From positions 62,001-126,000 of the forward strand of contig JAPDFW010000087.1 of the NCBI GenBank assembly GCA_028826165.1: a stretch of 64,000 nucleotides of DNA, in the 5' to 3' direction. Below the pieces are notes generated by a model. The model made no database searches. It was not told where the DNA came from and saw nothing but the letters and a program-made list of their open reading frames with translations. A program made the translations under genes and the position numbers. Shown here in pieces: positions 26,268 to 39,714 of this stretch. The stretch's first letter is position 1. Every line of letters starts with the position of its first letter. The DNA comes from Anaeramoeba ignava BMAN (taxonomy: Eukaryota > Protista > Anaeramoebae).

Positions 26268-27925
26268 TCAAAATTTAATATTTGATAAAATTTTGCAAAT
26301 CTCATCAAAACTTGGACGAGAATCAGGATTTTGTTTCCAACATTTTTTAATTAAATCAATAATTTCCTGAGGAGCTTGTTTTGTGATTGGTAATTGAGGA
26401 CGAACCTTTTTGTAACCAACTTCATTTCTGAGATCATAATTACGAACAGATTGTAAATGAACTCGATAAGGAACTTGTCTAAAAACAATTTCCCATAAAA
26501 CAAGACCATAACTATAAACATCCACTTTTGAGGTGTATTTAGATTCCTTCCTTAAAATCTCAGGTGCCATCCAATTCAATGTGCCTGTGTTAAATGTAAG
26601 TGGATCCAAATCATATTCTTTTGCTTCATATCTTGAATATCCAAAATCAATTATTTTCAAGTGATTATCTTCAGTAATCAAAATATTGGATGATTTCAAA
26701 TCACGATGAATGAATTTTAAGCTATGCAAATATTTCATTCCTTCTGCTATATCTTTTGCATATCTTACTATTATTGGATGTTTGAGTTTCACTTTTTTTC
26801 TTTTGAGATTCTTTAGTTTTTCATATAATGTTCCTTTTGGTAAATATTCAAGTACAATACATGGATCATATTTTATTTCAGATTTTTTGAGGATTTCTTC
26901 ATTTTTATCATTTTCTTTATTTTCTGTTTGATTTTTTTGGAGAATTTCTTCAGGATAATGATATCCAATAATTTGAATAATATTTGGATGGTTACATTTA
27001 CTTTTTTTAAATTGATTTAAATTTGATTTGATTTAATTTACTTTTTTTAAATTGATTTGAATTTTAATTTGGATTTGATTTAATTTTATTTAATTTGAAT
27101 TGAATTGAATTTGATTTGAATTTAATTTGAATTGATTAAATTTGATTTTGATTTTAATTTAAATTTGATTTAATTTGATTTAAAATTGATTTGATTTGAT
27201 TTAATTTGAATTTTTTACCATAAAACACTAATTTCTCTTTCAAAAAGTTCTAAAGAATATCCATGCAAATTTGAAAATTTCTTCACAGCTACATATTTAT
27301 CTTTGTACTCAGCTATAAAAACAGAACCAAAAGCACCATTAGCAATATGCTGAATTTCTTTAAGTTGAGGAAAATCAATGGAATATTCTCTTTTATTTAA
27401 TTTAGTATCCATTTGATAAGGATTAATAAATTTATCAAAAAGAGAAGGAGAATAATCAATAAATTTTATAGAATAATCCTTCAAAAACGCTAAAACTTTA
27501 TCAGTTGCCAAATCAATAGGAGTTTCATCAAATTCATCCTTAAGAAACGGATTAGCACCAAAAGAAAGAAGTAATTTTGTGATTCTTTCATTTGATGAAA
27601 AAACGGCAAAATGAAGAGCTGTTTCTTGATTTTTTTGATCTGCTTGATCCACATTTGCTCCAAATTCTAAAAGCAAATTTGTAATTTCATAAAAATTATT
27701 TGAAACAGCCATTTTTAACGGAAATCCATAATTTTCATTTCCTAAATTTGGATCGGCTCCATTTTCCAAAAGTACTTTTATACATCCTAAATGCTTGTCT
27801 TGTATTGCAAATTGAAGTGGTGTTCGATCAAGAAAAAAACTGTTGATATCTAATTGGTAACTTTTTAAAATCATTGGTATTTTTTCTGCTTCATGTGAAA
27901 GAATTATATTAATTAAATTTTGCAT
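26268..27925 (-). CDS. Ankyrin-repeat tyrosine-kinase-like (TKL) protein kinase; intron 27218-27001
   Basis: Ankyrin motifs TPLQFA..LLENGADPN and TALHFA..LLSFGANP. Kinase motifs GAFGSV, VAVKK, HRDLKSSN, DFG, GTLNWMAPE, DVYSYG, CW...RPSF. Confidence 0.93.
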
Positions 27926-28018
27926 TTTATAATAAAATAACAAATAACAAATAACAACAAATAACAAGGAAAAAAATGATTTTCCCATTTTTTTAAAAAA
28001 AATATTTTTTTATTATTT

Positions 28019-31000
28019 TTATTTTTGTGTAAAAAGATTGCTAATTTTCTCTTTTAAACTTCCTAATCCATTTTTAACTTCAGAAATCTCTTCAAAATAT
28101 TCCTTTTCATCTCCAAATTTAGAATTTTTTCTAAATTGATTAATTTTTAATGGATCTTTTAAATTTGGGAAAAAATATTTTTGATTTGGATCTTGTGAAT
28201 TATAATTTTCTTGAAGAAAATCATCTTGATCAAAAACTGAACTTTTAAATCTGGGAGTTGTAAAATCTTCAGTTTCAAAAGTTTTTTTTTGGAAAGTATC
28301 ATAAGATACAGTTGTTGGTTTTGATTTTGGTTTTGATTCATTTTCAACTTTTTGATTTGTTTTTGGAATGAATATTTTTGGAATAAATGATTTTTGATTT
28401 TGATTTTGATTTTTTTGAATGTTCAATTTTTCCTTTTCTCCAAATATCATATTCTTAAATTGTGTTGGTGTTCTTAAAGATTCAGAAATGATTGAAGGAG
28501 AATTCTCACTTCTTAAAAATGAATCATTTAGAACATTTTTTGTATTTTTTTCATCTTGATTTTCATCATCATTTACAGTTGTGCTTAAAGCATTTTGAAT
28601 TTTATATTCAGCACTCAATAATTCATTTTTCAAAGAAAGCATTTCTTTTTGAAGATTTGAATATTGCTTTTCTAAATAATAATGTTGTTGCTTGAAATAT
28701 TCTTTTTGCTTTTCCTTCTCAATTAATTCCTGTTTTAGCTCGTTATTCTCCTGAATATACGTTCTTAATTGGCGCTCTTCATCCATTAATTTCTGTTGCA
28801 AATTTTCCAAATTAAATTGAATCTGGTCTCTTTCTTTTGTGACTCTTTGCAAATCAAGCAAAACCAAATTCAATTTTTTCGATAATTTCTCCATTTGCAA
28901 TTTTGTCTGTTGATAATCTTGCAAAGATTGTTGTTTGATTTGGTTTTGATATTCAGTTTCGATTTGATCGAAATCTGTTTCTAGTTGTTCTTTTTCATCC
29001 GTTAATTTTTGGTTTTTTTCTTTGAGTTCGTTTTGAGAATTCAATAAAATTGCTTTTTCCGTTTGTAATTGTCTGATCTCATTTTCACGTTCTTTGAGAT
29101 TTGCAAGTAAATTTTCGTTTTCTTGGTTGGCTTTTTCTCTTTCTTTCATGAGCCATTCATGGTTTTCAATTTGCTTATTCAAGTTTGTTTCCAAATGTTT
29201 AATTTGTTTTTCCAAATTTTCCCGATTTTTTTTAAGAAAAGAAAGTTCTTGAATTGTATTATTTTTGGTGATATTCATATTTGGATTTGAATCGGTATTT
29301 GAATTTGCTTTTGTTTTGGTAATGATTAAATTCCCTTCAATTTTTGCCTTTTCTGTTTCTAATTTTTCAATTTTCTTTTCCGATTCAACAAGCTTTTGAG
29401 TTTGTTGTTGATTAATTTCCTTCAAAAATTTCAGATGATAAATAAACTCGTTAATTTTATTCTCTAAATTTTCTACTCTTTTTCGGTCTTCTTCAATTTT
29501 TTGGTCCACAGAAATAGCAAATTGATCCCATTGCTCTTTTAATTGAGAATATTGGAATTCAAATGCCTTTAATCCGTTGATAAGAATATAAAACATTTCA
29601 AGAAACTTGTTTTTAAATTCTGGGAAATTGTGCGAAATTTCGTTTTGCGCATCACGAAGAAATACAGAATCTGGTGATTCTTTTGGTTGGGGTGATAAAT
29701 TGGATTCCTTTCCGAATAGATTTGAATTCTGCAAAGATGATGAAATCTTTTGCATTTCAGCGAAAACCAACGATAAGAATATTTCCTTTTCTTTTAGATC
29801 ATCTTTTGCTTTTTGCAATTGTTTTTCTTGTTGAATATTTCCAAGTGAAGAATTTTGCAATTGAGAACTGAGCGATAATCTTGATGGAAGCATTTTTTCA
29901 CTCAGTGTTTGTTGTTGAGAAACTGATGATAATTTTTGATCCAAATTGTTAATTGCCATTTCCTTTTCTGAAATAATTTTTTGTTGTTGACTCAACTTGG
30001 ATTCACTTTTCCTCAATTTTTCTTCGAGTTCGGAAATGTATGATGTGAAGAGACTGCGAATCTCGTTTTCTCTCTGATTAAAATCATCCTCCTTTTCTAC
30101 TTGAGATTTCGCGCTCTTCATGCCTATTATATTTTTCAAATTGCTTGAAAAATTCGCAACTAAATTTTGATTTTGTTGATTTATTTGTTTGTCATTTTGT
30201 CGAATTCGAGAAATTTGCATCTGAAGCTTGGAATTTTCGTTTTCATATTCCCGAATCATTTCCAAAAACTTCGAATTATTTGACTCAAGCACTTGTTTTT
30301 CCTGCTCCATTTCAGAAAACTCTTTGAGTAAGTTTTGTGTTTTTGCTGCTAAAAAATTGTACTTGTTTTCCCATTCTTTAACTCTATCATTATTTTGCGC
30401 TTGCATTTTTTCCATTTCTTTAATGGTTTGTTCTGTTTGTTGTTTCACTATCATTAGCTGCTCTTTTGAAAGTGATACTTCTTGTAATTCAAGATCTTTT
30501 TGATAATTTTTTTTCTCTAAATTTGCAATATTTTCTCGAAGACTTTCATTTTCTTCCACAATCTTTGCAACTTTTTGCTTATTTGTTTGCAATTTATTTT
30601 TCATTTTCGATACTTGATTTGTCTTTTCCTCAATTTCATTTGCTTTTTGTTTCTGGTTTGTGTTCAATAGAGATGTTAATTGTTCCACTTTTTTTTCCAA
30701 ATTCATTTTGATTGAATTCATTTGTTTTAATTCTTGAAATTTTTGGGAAACGGATTTTTTTAATTGGTCAATTTCAGTTAGAAATGCTTTAGAGTTTTGT
30801 TCATATTGTATCTTGTATTTTTCATTAGAAGATGCTATCAAGTTTTTTTCCTTCAAAATTTCTTCAAATTTTTCCTTTTGATTTTGGTATTTTATTGTCA
30901 AATCCTTAATTTCTTGATCTTTCCTATTGATTTCTTCTTGATTTGAATTGATTTTTTGATTAAGCTCTTCTTTTTCACTCAACGTATCTTTGATTTGTTG

Positions 31001-32785
31001 TTGATATTTCTCAAGTTGTTTGCTTATGTTTTGTATCATTTGATCTTTTTCTTTTATTTGCGTTTCTATTTCTTGTAAATTTTTTATTGTTGAATTTTTT
31101 TCTTTTTGTGAACTTTCAAAAATTTGTTTTGTTTTTTCCAATTCATTATGATAAGAGTTTATTACTTGCATCATTTCTTGGTTTTCTTTTTCTTTCTGTT
31201 TCAAATCAATGTCTTTCTCTTGGATTTCTTCTTCGAAATTTTTGATTTTAGAAGTATTTTTTGAAATGAACTCTCTCATTTGTTGTATTAAAGATTCTTT
31301 TTGTTGAATTTGAGCAAGTATTTCATTCTTTTCATAATTTAATTGTTCATTCTCTTGATTCAAACGTTGTATTTCTTGTGAAAAATATTCTGTTTCTTGT
31401 GATGAATTATTAATTTTGTTTTGCAACTCATTTTTAATAATTTCAAATTGATCATTTTCATTTTGAAATTTTGTTTGTAATTCATTTAATGTTTTTTCAA
31501 GAATTTGGTTATTATTATTTAATTTTTGGAGTGATTGTTGTGATTCAATAAGTTTTAATTCAAGCTCTTGATTTGAATTATTGATTTCGTAGATTTCTTG
31601 TTGTTTATTATTGAGTGTTTGTTTATATTGTTCAGTTATTTCAAATATTTCTGTTTCTTTTTCAACAACTTCATTTTGCAATTCATTGTTTTCTGATTGT
31701 AAATTTTCTAACTTATCTGATAATTGTTTGATTTCAAGATCTTTTAAAGTAATTTTATCATCTGAGAGTTGTATTGTTTTTTTTAAGGATTCAATTTCTT
31801 GATTTTGAAGAATTTCTGATTGTGTTTTTTGTTGAAGTTCTATTCCTTTTTCCATTAAAGCTTTTCTTTAATTTTAATTTTATAAATGAATTATGATTTT
31901 AATTTTAATTTTAATTTTAATTTTGATTTTAAATTTAATTTTAAATTTTAATTTTAATTTTGATTTTAATTTTAATTTTAATTTTAATTTTGATTTTAAT
32001 TTTAATTTTAATTTTAATTTTAATTTTAATTTTAATTTTAATTTTAATTGTAATTATAATTTTAATTTTAATTTTAATTTTAATTTTAATTTTAATTTTA
32101 ATTTTAATTTTAATTTTAATTTTATAAATGATTTTTAATTTTAATTTTAATTTTAATTTTAATTTTAATTTTAATTTTAATTTTAATTGTAATTTTATAA
32201 ATGAATTTTGATTTTAATTTTATAAATGAATTTAATTTTAATTTTAATTTTAATTTTAATTTTAATTTTAATTTTAAATTTAATTTTAAATTTTAATTTT
32301 TAATTTTAATTTTAATTTTGATTTTATAAATGAATTTTGATTTTTAATTTTAATTTTATAAATGAATTTTAATTTTAATTTTAATTTTAATTTTAATTTT
32401 GAATTAATTGTAATTTTAATTTTAATTTTAATTTTAATTTTAATTATAATTTTAATTGTAATTATAATTTTAATTTTAATTGTAATTTTTACTGGCTTTG
32501 TCTTAAACTATTCCAAGAAAAACGACTAAAAACTCCACTTTTATTTTCATCCATTTCATATTTTGATTGAAAATCTGAAATAACTTCACTTGCTTGCATT
32601 AATAAATCATCTCTTTCTTCAATTTGTTTATTTGCTAAATCTAATTTTGCTTTTAAATCTGCAATTTCTTGTGGATAAAATTCTTCAAAATTTCCTATTT
32701 TTTCTTCCATTATTTTTTCTAATTCTTCTTCCAAATAAAATATTTTCATTTTTAAAGTAAAATTTTCTTGTGAAATTTGTTCCAT
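28019..32785 (-). CDS. Long coiled-coil protein with N-terminal centrosomin motif 1 (CM1/gamma-TuNA); intron 32492-31866
   Basis: MEQISQENFTLKMKIFYLEEEL matches the CM1 core (ENFxLKxxIxxLEE). The splice CA|A joins in frame to the 1278-aa heptad-rich ORF. Confidence 0.8.
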
Positions 32786-32819
32786 TTTTTAATTTCAATT
32801 TTTTAAAAAAATAAATGAA

Positions 32820-35057
32820 AAAAATGAAAAAATAAAAATGAAAATAAAAATAATTTAATAATTAATTTGGAAATGTTTTTAAAATTTAATTATAAAATAA
32901 ATTATAATTAAATATTAATTCAAAATATATTTAAATTTAAATATAAATTTAATCAAAAATTATTAATAATTTTTTATTTAAAAAATAAATAAAAATAATT
33001 TAATAATTAATTTGGAAATATTTTTAAAATTTAATTTCAAAATAAATCATAATTAAATATTAATTCAAAATATATTTAAATTTAAATATAAATTTAATTA
33101 AAAATAATTATTAATTTTATTTAAAAATAAATAAAAATAATTTAATAATTAATTTGGAAATGTTTTTAAAATTTAATTTTAAAATAAATTATAATTAAAT
33201 ATTAATTCAAAATCGATTTAAATTTAAATATAAATTTAATCAAAAATAATTAATAATTTTTATTTAAAAATGAATAAAAATAAATTAATAATTAATTTGA
33301 AAATGTTTTTAAAATTTAATTTTAAAATAAATTATAATTAAATATTAATTCAAAATATATTTAAATTTAAATATAAATTTAATTAAAAATAATTAATAAT
33401 TTTTTATTTAAAAAATAAATAAAAATAATTTAATAATTAATTTGGAAATGTTTTTAAAATTTAATTTTAAAATAAATTATAATTAAATATTAATTCAAAA
33501 TAAATTTAAATATAAATATAAATTTAATCAAAAATAATTATTAATTTTTATTTAAAAATAAATAAAAATAATTTAATAATTAATTTGGAAATGTTTTTAG
33601 AATTTAATTTCAAAATAAATTATAATTAAATATTAATTCAAAATCGATTTAAATTTAAATATAAATTTAATCAAAAATAATTAATAATTTTTATTTAAAA
33701 ATAAATAAAAATAATTTAATAATTAATTTGGAAATGTTTTTAAAATTTAATTTTAAAATAAATTATAATTAAATATTAATTCAAAATCGATTTAAATTTA
33801 AATATAAATTTAATCAAAAATAATTAATAATTTTTATTTAAAAATAAATAAAAATAATTTAATAATTAATTTGGAAATGTTTTTAAAATTTAATTATAAA
33901 ATAAATTATAATTACCATATTAATTCAAAATAAATTTAAATTTAAATATAAATTTAATTAAAAATTATTAATAATTTTTATTTAAAAATAAATAAAAATA
34001 ATTTAATAATTATTTTGGAAATGTTTTTAAAATTTAATTTTAAAATAAATTATAATTAAATATTAATTCAAAATATATTTAAATTTAAATATAAATTTAA
34101 TTAAAAATAATTAATAATTTTTATTTAAAAAATAAATAAAAATAATTTAATAATTAATTTGGAAATGTTTTTAAAATTTAATTATAAAATAAATTATAAT
34201 TACATATTAATTCAAAATATATTTAAATTTAAATATAAATTTAATCAAAAATTATTAATAATTTTTATTTAAAAATGAATAAAAATAAATTAATAATTAA
34301 TTTGGAAATGTTTTTAAAATTTAATTATAAAATAAATCATAATTAAATATTAATTCAAAATCGATTTAAATTTAAATATAAATTTAATTAAAAATAATTA
34401 TTAATTTTTTATTTAAAAAATAAATAAAAATAAATTAATAATTAATTTGGAAATGTTTTTAAAATTTAATTTCAAAATAAATCATAATTAAATATTAATT
34501 CAAAATATATTTAAATTTAAATATAAATTTAATTAAAAATAATTAATAATTTTTTATTTAAAAAATAAAAATAAAAATAATTTAATAATTAATTTGGAAA
34601 TGTTTTTAAAATTTAATTTTAAAATAAATTATAATTAAATATTAATTCAAAATCGATTTAAATTTAAATATAAATTTAATTAAAAATAATTATTAATTTT
34701 TTATTTAAAAAATAAATAAAAATAAATTAATAATTAATTTGGAAATGTTTTTAAAATTTAATTATAAAATAAATTATAATTAAATATTAATTCAAAATCG
34801 ATTTAAATTTAAATATAAATTTAATCAAAAATAATTATTAATTTTTATTTAAAAAATGAATAAAAATAATTTAATAATTAATTTGGAAATGTTTTTAAAA
34901 TTTAATTTTAAAATAAATTATAATTAAATATTAATTCAAAATAAATTTAAATTTAAATATAAATTTAATTAAAAATAATTATTAATTTTTTATTTAAAAA
35001 ATAAATAAAAATAAATTAATAATTAATTTGGAAATGTTTTTAAAATTTAATTATAAA
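32820..35057. repeat. ~144-bp tandem satellite, about 16 copies
   Basis: The TAATTTGGAAATGTTTTTAAAA landmark recurs from ~32867 to ~35028 at ~144-bp spacing, with near-identical units. Confidence 0.93.
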
Positions 35058-35178
35058 AGAGATCTTTAAATTGATTATTTTAGAAATAAATTTAAAAAAA
35101 CCAAAACAAAAAGAAACAAAAAAAATTTTTTTCATTTTTTTTTTTTCATTTTTTTTTAGAATAAAAAATATAAATAAA

Positions 35179-38100
35179 ATGACATCTCCAACAGTAACAA
35201 CGAACCCGAAACGAATGAGTCGAGGATATAGTCAACCATTGATTTTTTTAAATGAGAATGAAAAATTAATGCTTGAAGAAAGTGAGCCAAATTCACCAAA
35301 ACAAGAAGATTCAAAAACAAGCATTTTTTCTGATGATACAATGCTTAAATCTTTTTCAACTGGAAATTTTCAATCAAAACAGATTTTTCAAGCTCAAAAA
35401 GATTTATTGAATCAATATCAATATCAATATCAAAATCAAAATGAAAATGAAAATGAAAATGAAAATGAAACTGAAACTGAAACTGATACAAAAACTGATA
35501 CAAAAACAGAAACTCTAACTGAAAATGGGAATGAATCTGAAAATGAATCTGAAAGTAGTTTTACACAAAATCGTATATTAATCAATAATTTAATAATTTA
35601 ATAATTTAATAATAATTTAATATTTTAATAATAATTTTATATTTTAATATTATTTTTATAATTTAAGAACTAACTCTCTCTCAAAATGAACCGATATTTC
35701 CTATTGAAGAACAACTTAATGAAAACAAGAGATTAAATTCAGATGCTCATTATCCAAAAGCATATCCTAAAGCAAAAACATTATCAAAATCACTAAAATT
35801 GAAATCAACAAAAACATCAAAAAGAACAACAAGTAAAAATTTGAATTTACATGCTTATATGATATTCAAAGATTATCAAAAAGTTGATTATAAATTAAAA
35901 GAAGCAAGAGAAAGTTGCACAAAAAATTTAACTAGAATGATTAAACAAATTGAACAAGAAATGAAAAAAAAGCAAGAAAATCAAGATATTTTCCAAAAAT
36001 TTGTTGAACTTAAAAAAATTATTGGAGAAATTTTAAATTTAAATGAAAAATCTTTAAGCAAACAAAGTTGGGATCGTTTAGTCAAAAAACTTGATATGAT
36101 TTTTAAAAAATCAAAACGAGAAATTTCCTATTTTGTTTCTTCAATTCTATTTAATACTTCAAAAATATTACGTTTAATATCATTATCAGTAGATTTATAA
36201 TAATATCATAAAAAAAATCAATTTCTAAAAAATTCTTTAATACAAAAAATTCAAAATTTAAAATTTAGGAATCTTTCCCTCCAGAATTTCGTGAAATTAT
36301 GAAATATTCAACCAAACATGTTGCAATTATAAGAAATGGGAAACCAATGTAAAAAAAATTATAAATATTAATTATTTATAAAATTAAAATTCATTTATAA
36401 AATTAATATTAAAATAATATAAAGTTCTCCTGAAAAACCAATTCATCGCAAAAAACAAACATTTTCAATTGAAATGAGTTGTCCAGTCGCTATAAATAAT
36501 ACACTTCAGGGAAATACTTTAAATCAAGAAGATGGACAATCAAAACAAAATAAAACATCACTTTCACCAACAATGGATAAAGATTTCAAACAATTTTTAA
36601 TAATGAAAAAAGCTTTATTAAATAATCAAGAGGCACAATCAAGAATTGAAGAAAAACAAGAAAAAATCAAACCGAAAAAACCAGAAAAAAAGGATAAAAA
36701 AATTGTTCATTTAAATTCTCAAGAAGAAATAATTAATGATAAATTAATTGAATCAAAAAAAACAGATCTTGAAATTCCATATCTAGATCCAAATATTCAA
36801 CAAAAAGATGGTCAAATTATTGTTTGTAGAATATGTGGAAGATTAGTTCTTTCAGATATGATTGAAAAACATAGTGGATATTGTGTAATAGAGCAACAAT
36901 CAAGATCTAAAATAAGATATTGTGATGATACTTTGCAAAAAGTTTGCTCAAAGAAAAAAAAAATTTAAGAAGAAAAATATATTGATCTCTTAATTAATTA
37001 TTTGATCCTTTATTTTTATATTTTTTTTCTATTAGTTTTTGGTAGTTCCTTTTAGTCAATCAGTTTATGGAAAAATAGATTTAGAAAATTTAATTCAAAA
37101 TAATTTAAAAATTATTGTTAATTGGTAATAATTCCTTCTTTCAAGAAAACAAATATCAAAAAAATATAAACTAAAAATATTCTTCTTCTTCTTCTTCTTT
37201 TCCAAAAAAAAATTATTTAGTTGTTTAAAAATTAATTTAAATTCAGAATCAGCTGTAATAAAATTAAAAAAATTATTGGAACAAATTCAAGTTCATATTG
37301 GTTATGGAAAAAAGAAAAAATGTCATTTACCTAGAGATATAAATGAAATTCAAAAAATTGTAAGCAGAACAAAAAAATTAAAATTTAAAATATAAAATTA
37401 AAATTTATTTATTAAATTAAAATTAAAATAGTTCCTTCAAAAAATAGAAAGTTTTGAAAAAGTTTTTCAAACATCACCAAATGCAAATCTAACAGCTGTT
37501 TATGGCTCAGAAACAAATGCAAATTTATATAATATTCATTCTTTACAAAGTTTTGAATTTATTAAATTAATTTCAAGAGGAGCTTATGGGTAAAAAGAAT
37601 AATTTAAAATTTCATTTAAATATTAATAATAATAAATTTTTATTATATATATAGGAAAGTATTTTTAGCACAATCTAAAACAACTAGAGATATTTTTGCA
37701 ATTAAAGTTTTAAGGAAAAATGATATGAGTAAAATAATAAAAAAAAATGAATTAATATTTCTTAATTTATTCTTAAAATAAATCAATAAAAATTAGTTCA
37801 AAAAAATCAAACAGAACATATTAAAACAGAGAAAAATATCTTAACTAGAACAGTTAATGATTTTGTAGTCAAACTTTTTTATTCATTTCAAACCAAAAAG
37901 TATTTATATCTTGTAATGGAATATATGAATGGAGGAGATTTATATTCTCTTTTAAAAAATGTTGGATATCTTAGTGAAAAAATGGCGAAATTTTATTTAT
38001 CAGAAATAATATTAGCAATTGAATATATTCACAGTAAAAATATTGTCCATCGAGATTTAAAACCCGATAATGTTTTGATTGGAAATGATGGACATCTCAA

Positions 38101-39410
38101 ATTAACTGATTTTGGTCTTTCAAGAATTGGAATTTATGAAAGACAAGAATTTGATGAACTTGATAGAGTGAATGAAGGTAGATATGAACAATATAAAAAT
38201 GAAAATGAAATTGAAAATGAAAATCAAAATCAAAATGAAAATGAAAATCAAAATGAAAATCAAAATCGAAAATCAAATTGAAAATCAAAATCAAAATGAA
38301 AATCAAATTGAAAATCAAAATCAAAATAAAATTGAAAATGAGTTTGAATTTGAAAATCAAATTGAAAACGAAAATGAAAATGAAAATGAAAATCAAATTG
38401 AAAAAAAACATTTGAAGCATATTTATAAACATAAAGTTCCAATAATTTCTCAAAATTCTGAAAGTGATTTTAACCAAAATATCGATAAAAGTGAAATTAA
38501 ATCAAACCAAATTGACGAAGAAAAAGTTCAGAAAATGATCACAAATGAAAAAAAATATCGGAATAAAGAAACAAAGAAAAAACAAGAAAAAATAACACAA
38601 ACAGAATTTGCAAATCGATTAAAAAACAATATATTATCAATTGAAAAAGAAAAAAAGGAAAAAAAAGAAAAAGTACCCAGCGTAGTTGGTACACCTGAAT
38701 ATTTAGCACCAGAAATCCTGTTGGGAACAGGGCATGGATTTGCTGTGGATTGGTGGTCGTTGGGGATCATAGCATATGAACTTGTTGTTGGAGTAACACC
38801 TTTTCATGGTGAATCAATTCAGGAAGTTTTTGAAAATATTATTAAACACAATTTCGAATTCCCACCATATATTTCAGATGAACTTCATGATCTCATATCA
38901 AAATTACTTGTTTCTGATCCTTCTCAAAGATTGGGATTTAATGGATCTGAAGAAATCAAAGCTCATGCTTTTTTTAAGGATGTAAATTGGGAAAATATTA
39001 TATCGGAAAATCCTCCATTTGTTCCAAAACCAAAAGATGAGTTTGATACTCAATATTTTTCAAAGGAAACTCGTGTTTTTAGTGATTTAGAAGATGATAT
39101 TATTCAAGACATGAACAAACTCAAATCAAATAATAGTTTATCTTTTTCACCTTCAAATTCTGCAGTTTTTCAAGATTTTTCAACCGTTAATTGGAATCAA
39201 TTACTCAACTCAAATCTTCGTCAATTCCAAACTTATAATAAATCTAATACTACTTCTCCTCATAATGTCTCTTTGTCAACAAGTAAAAGAAATTCTGTTA
39301 ATCTTGCTGATAAAAATCTTAATTTTGAAACTTCCGAGATTGATAATAATGCTTTTGATTTATCAATTGAAAAAGATCTTTCTCAATCAAGATTTGAGGA
39401 AAAATTTTAA
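35179..39410 (+). CDS. Rim15/Greatwall/IRE-type (MAST-like) AGC Ser/Thr kinase; multi-exon, apparent frameshift at ~38265
   Basis: C2HC motif CRICGR...EKHSGYC. Spliced ISRGAYGKVFLA and FAIKVL, HRDLKPDN, DFGLS, a long insert, then VGTPEYLAPE, DWWSLG and the AGC tail PPFVPK..DTQYF. Confidence 0.9.
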
Positions 39411-39714
39411 TGTAACTCTTTTTACATTGAAATTTGAATTTGAATTTAATTTAATTCAATTTAATACAGTTCGATTCAATTCAATTCAATTCAATTTAAG
39501 ATTTTCTTTTCTTTTTTTCTTTTAAATTAAATTAAATTAAAATTCAATTCAATTCAATTCAATTCAAATCATCATTTTTTTTTGATTTTTAATAATTTTT
39601 TTTTTGCCAATTCAAAAATAATTTTCCCTAAAAAAAAATTATTTTTTTTGCTAATTCAAATTAAGAAAAAAAAAAAAGAAAGAAAGAAAAAAGGAGAAAA
39701 AAGAAAATTTTTTT

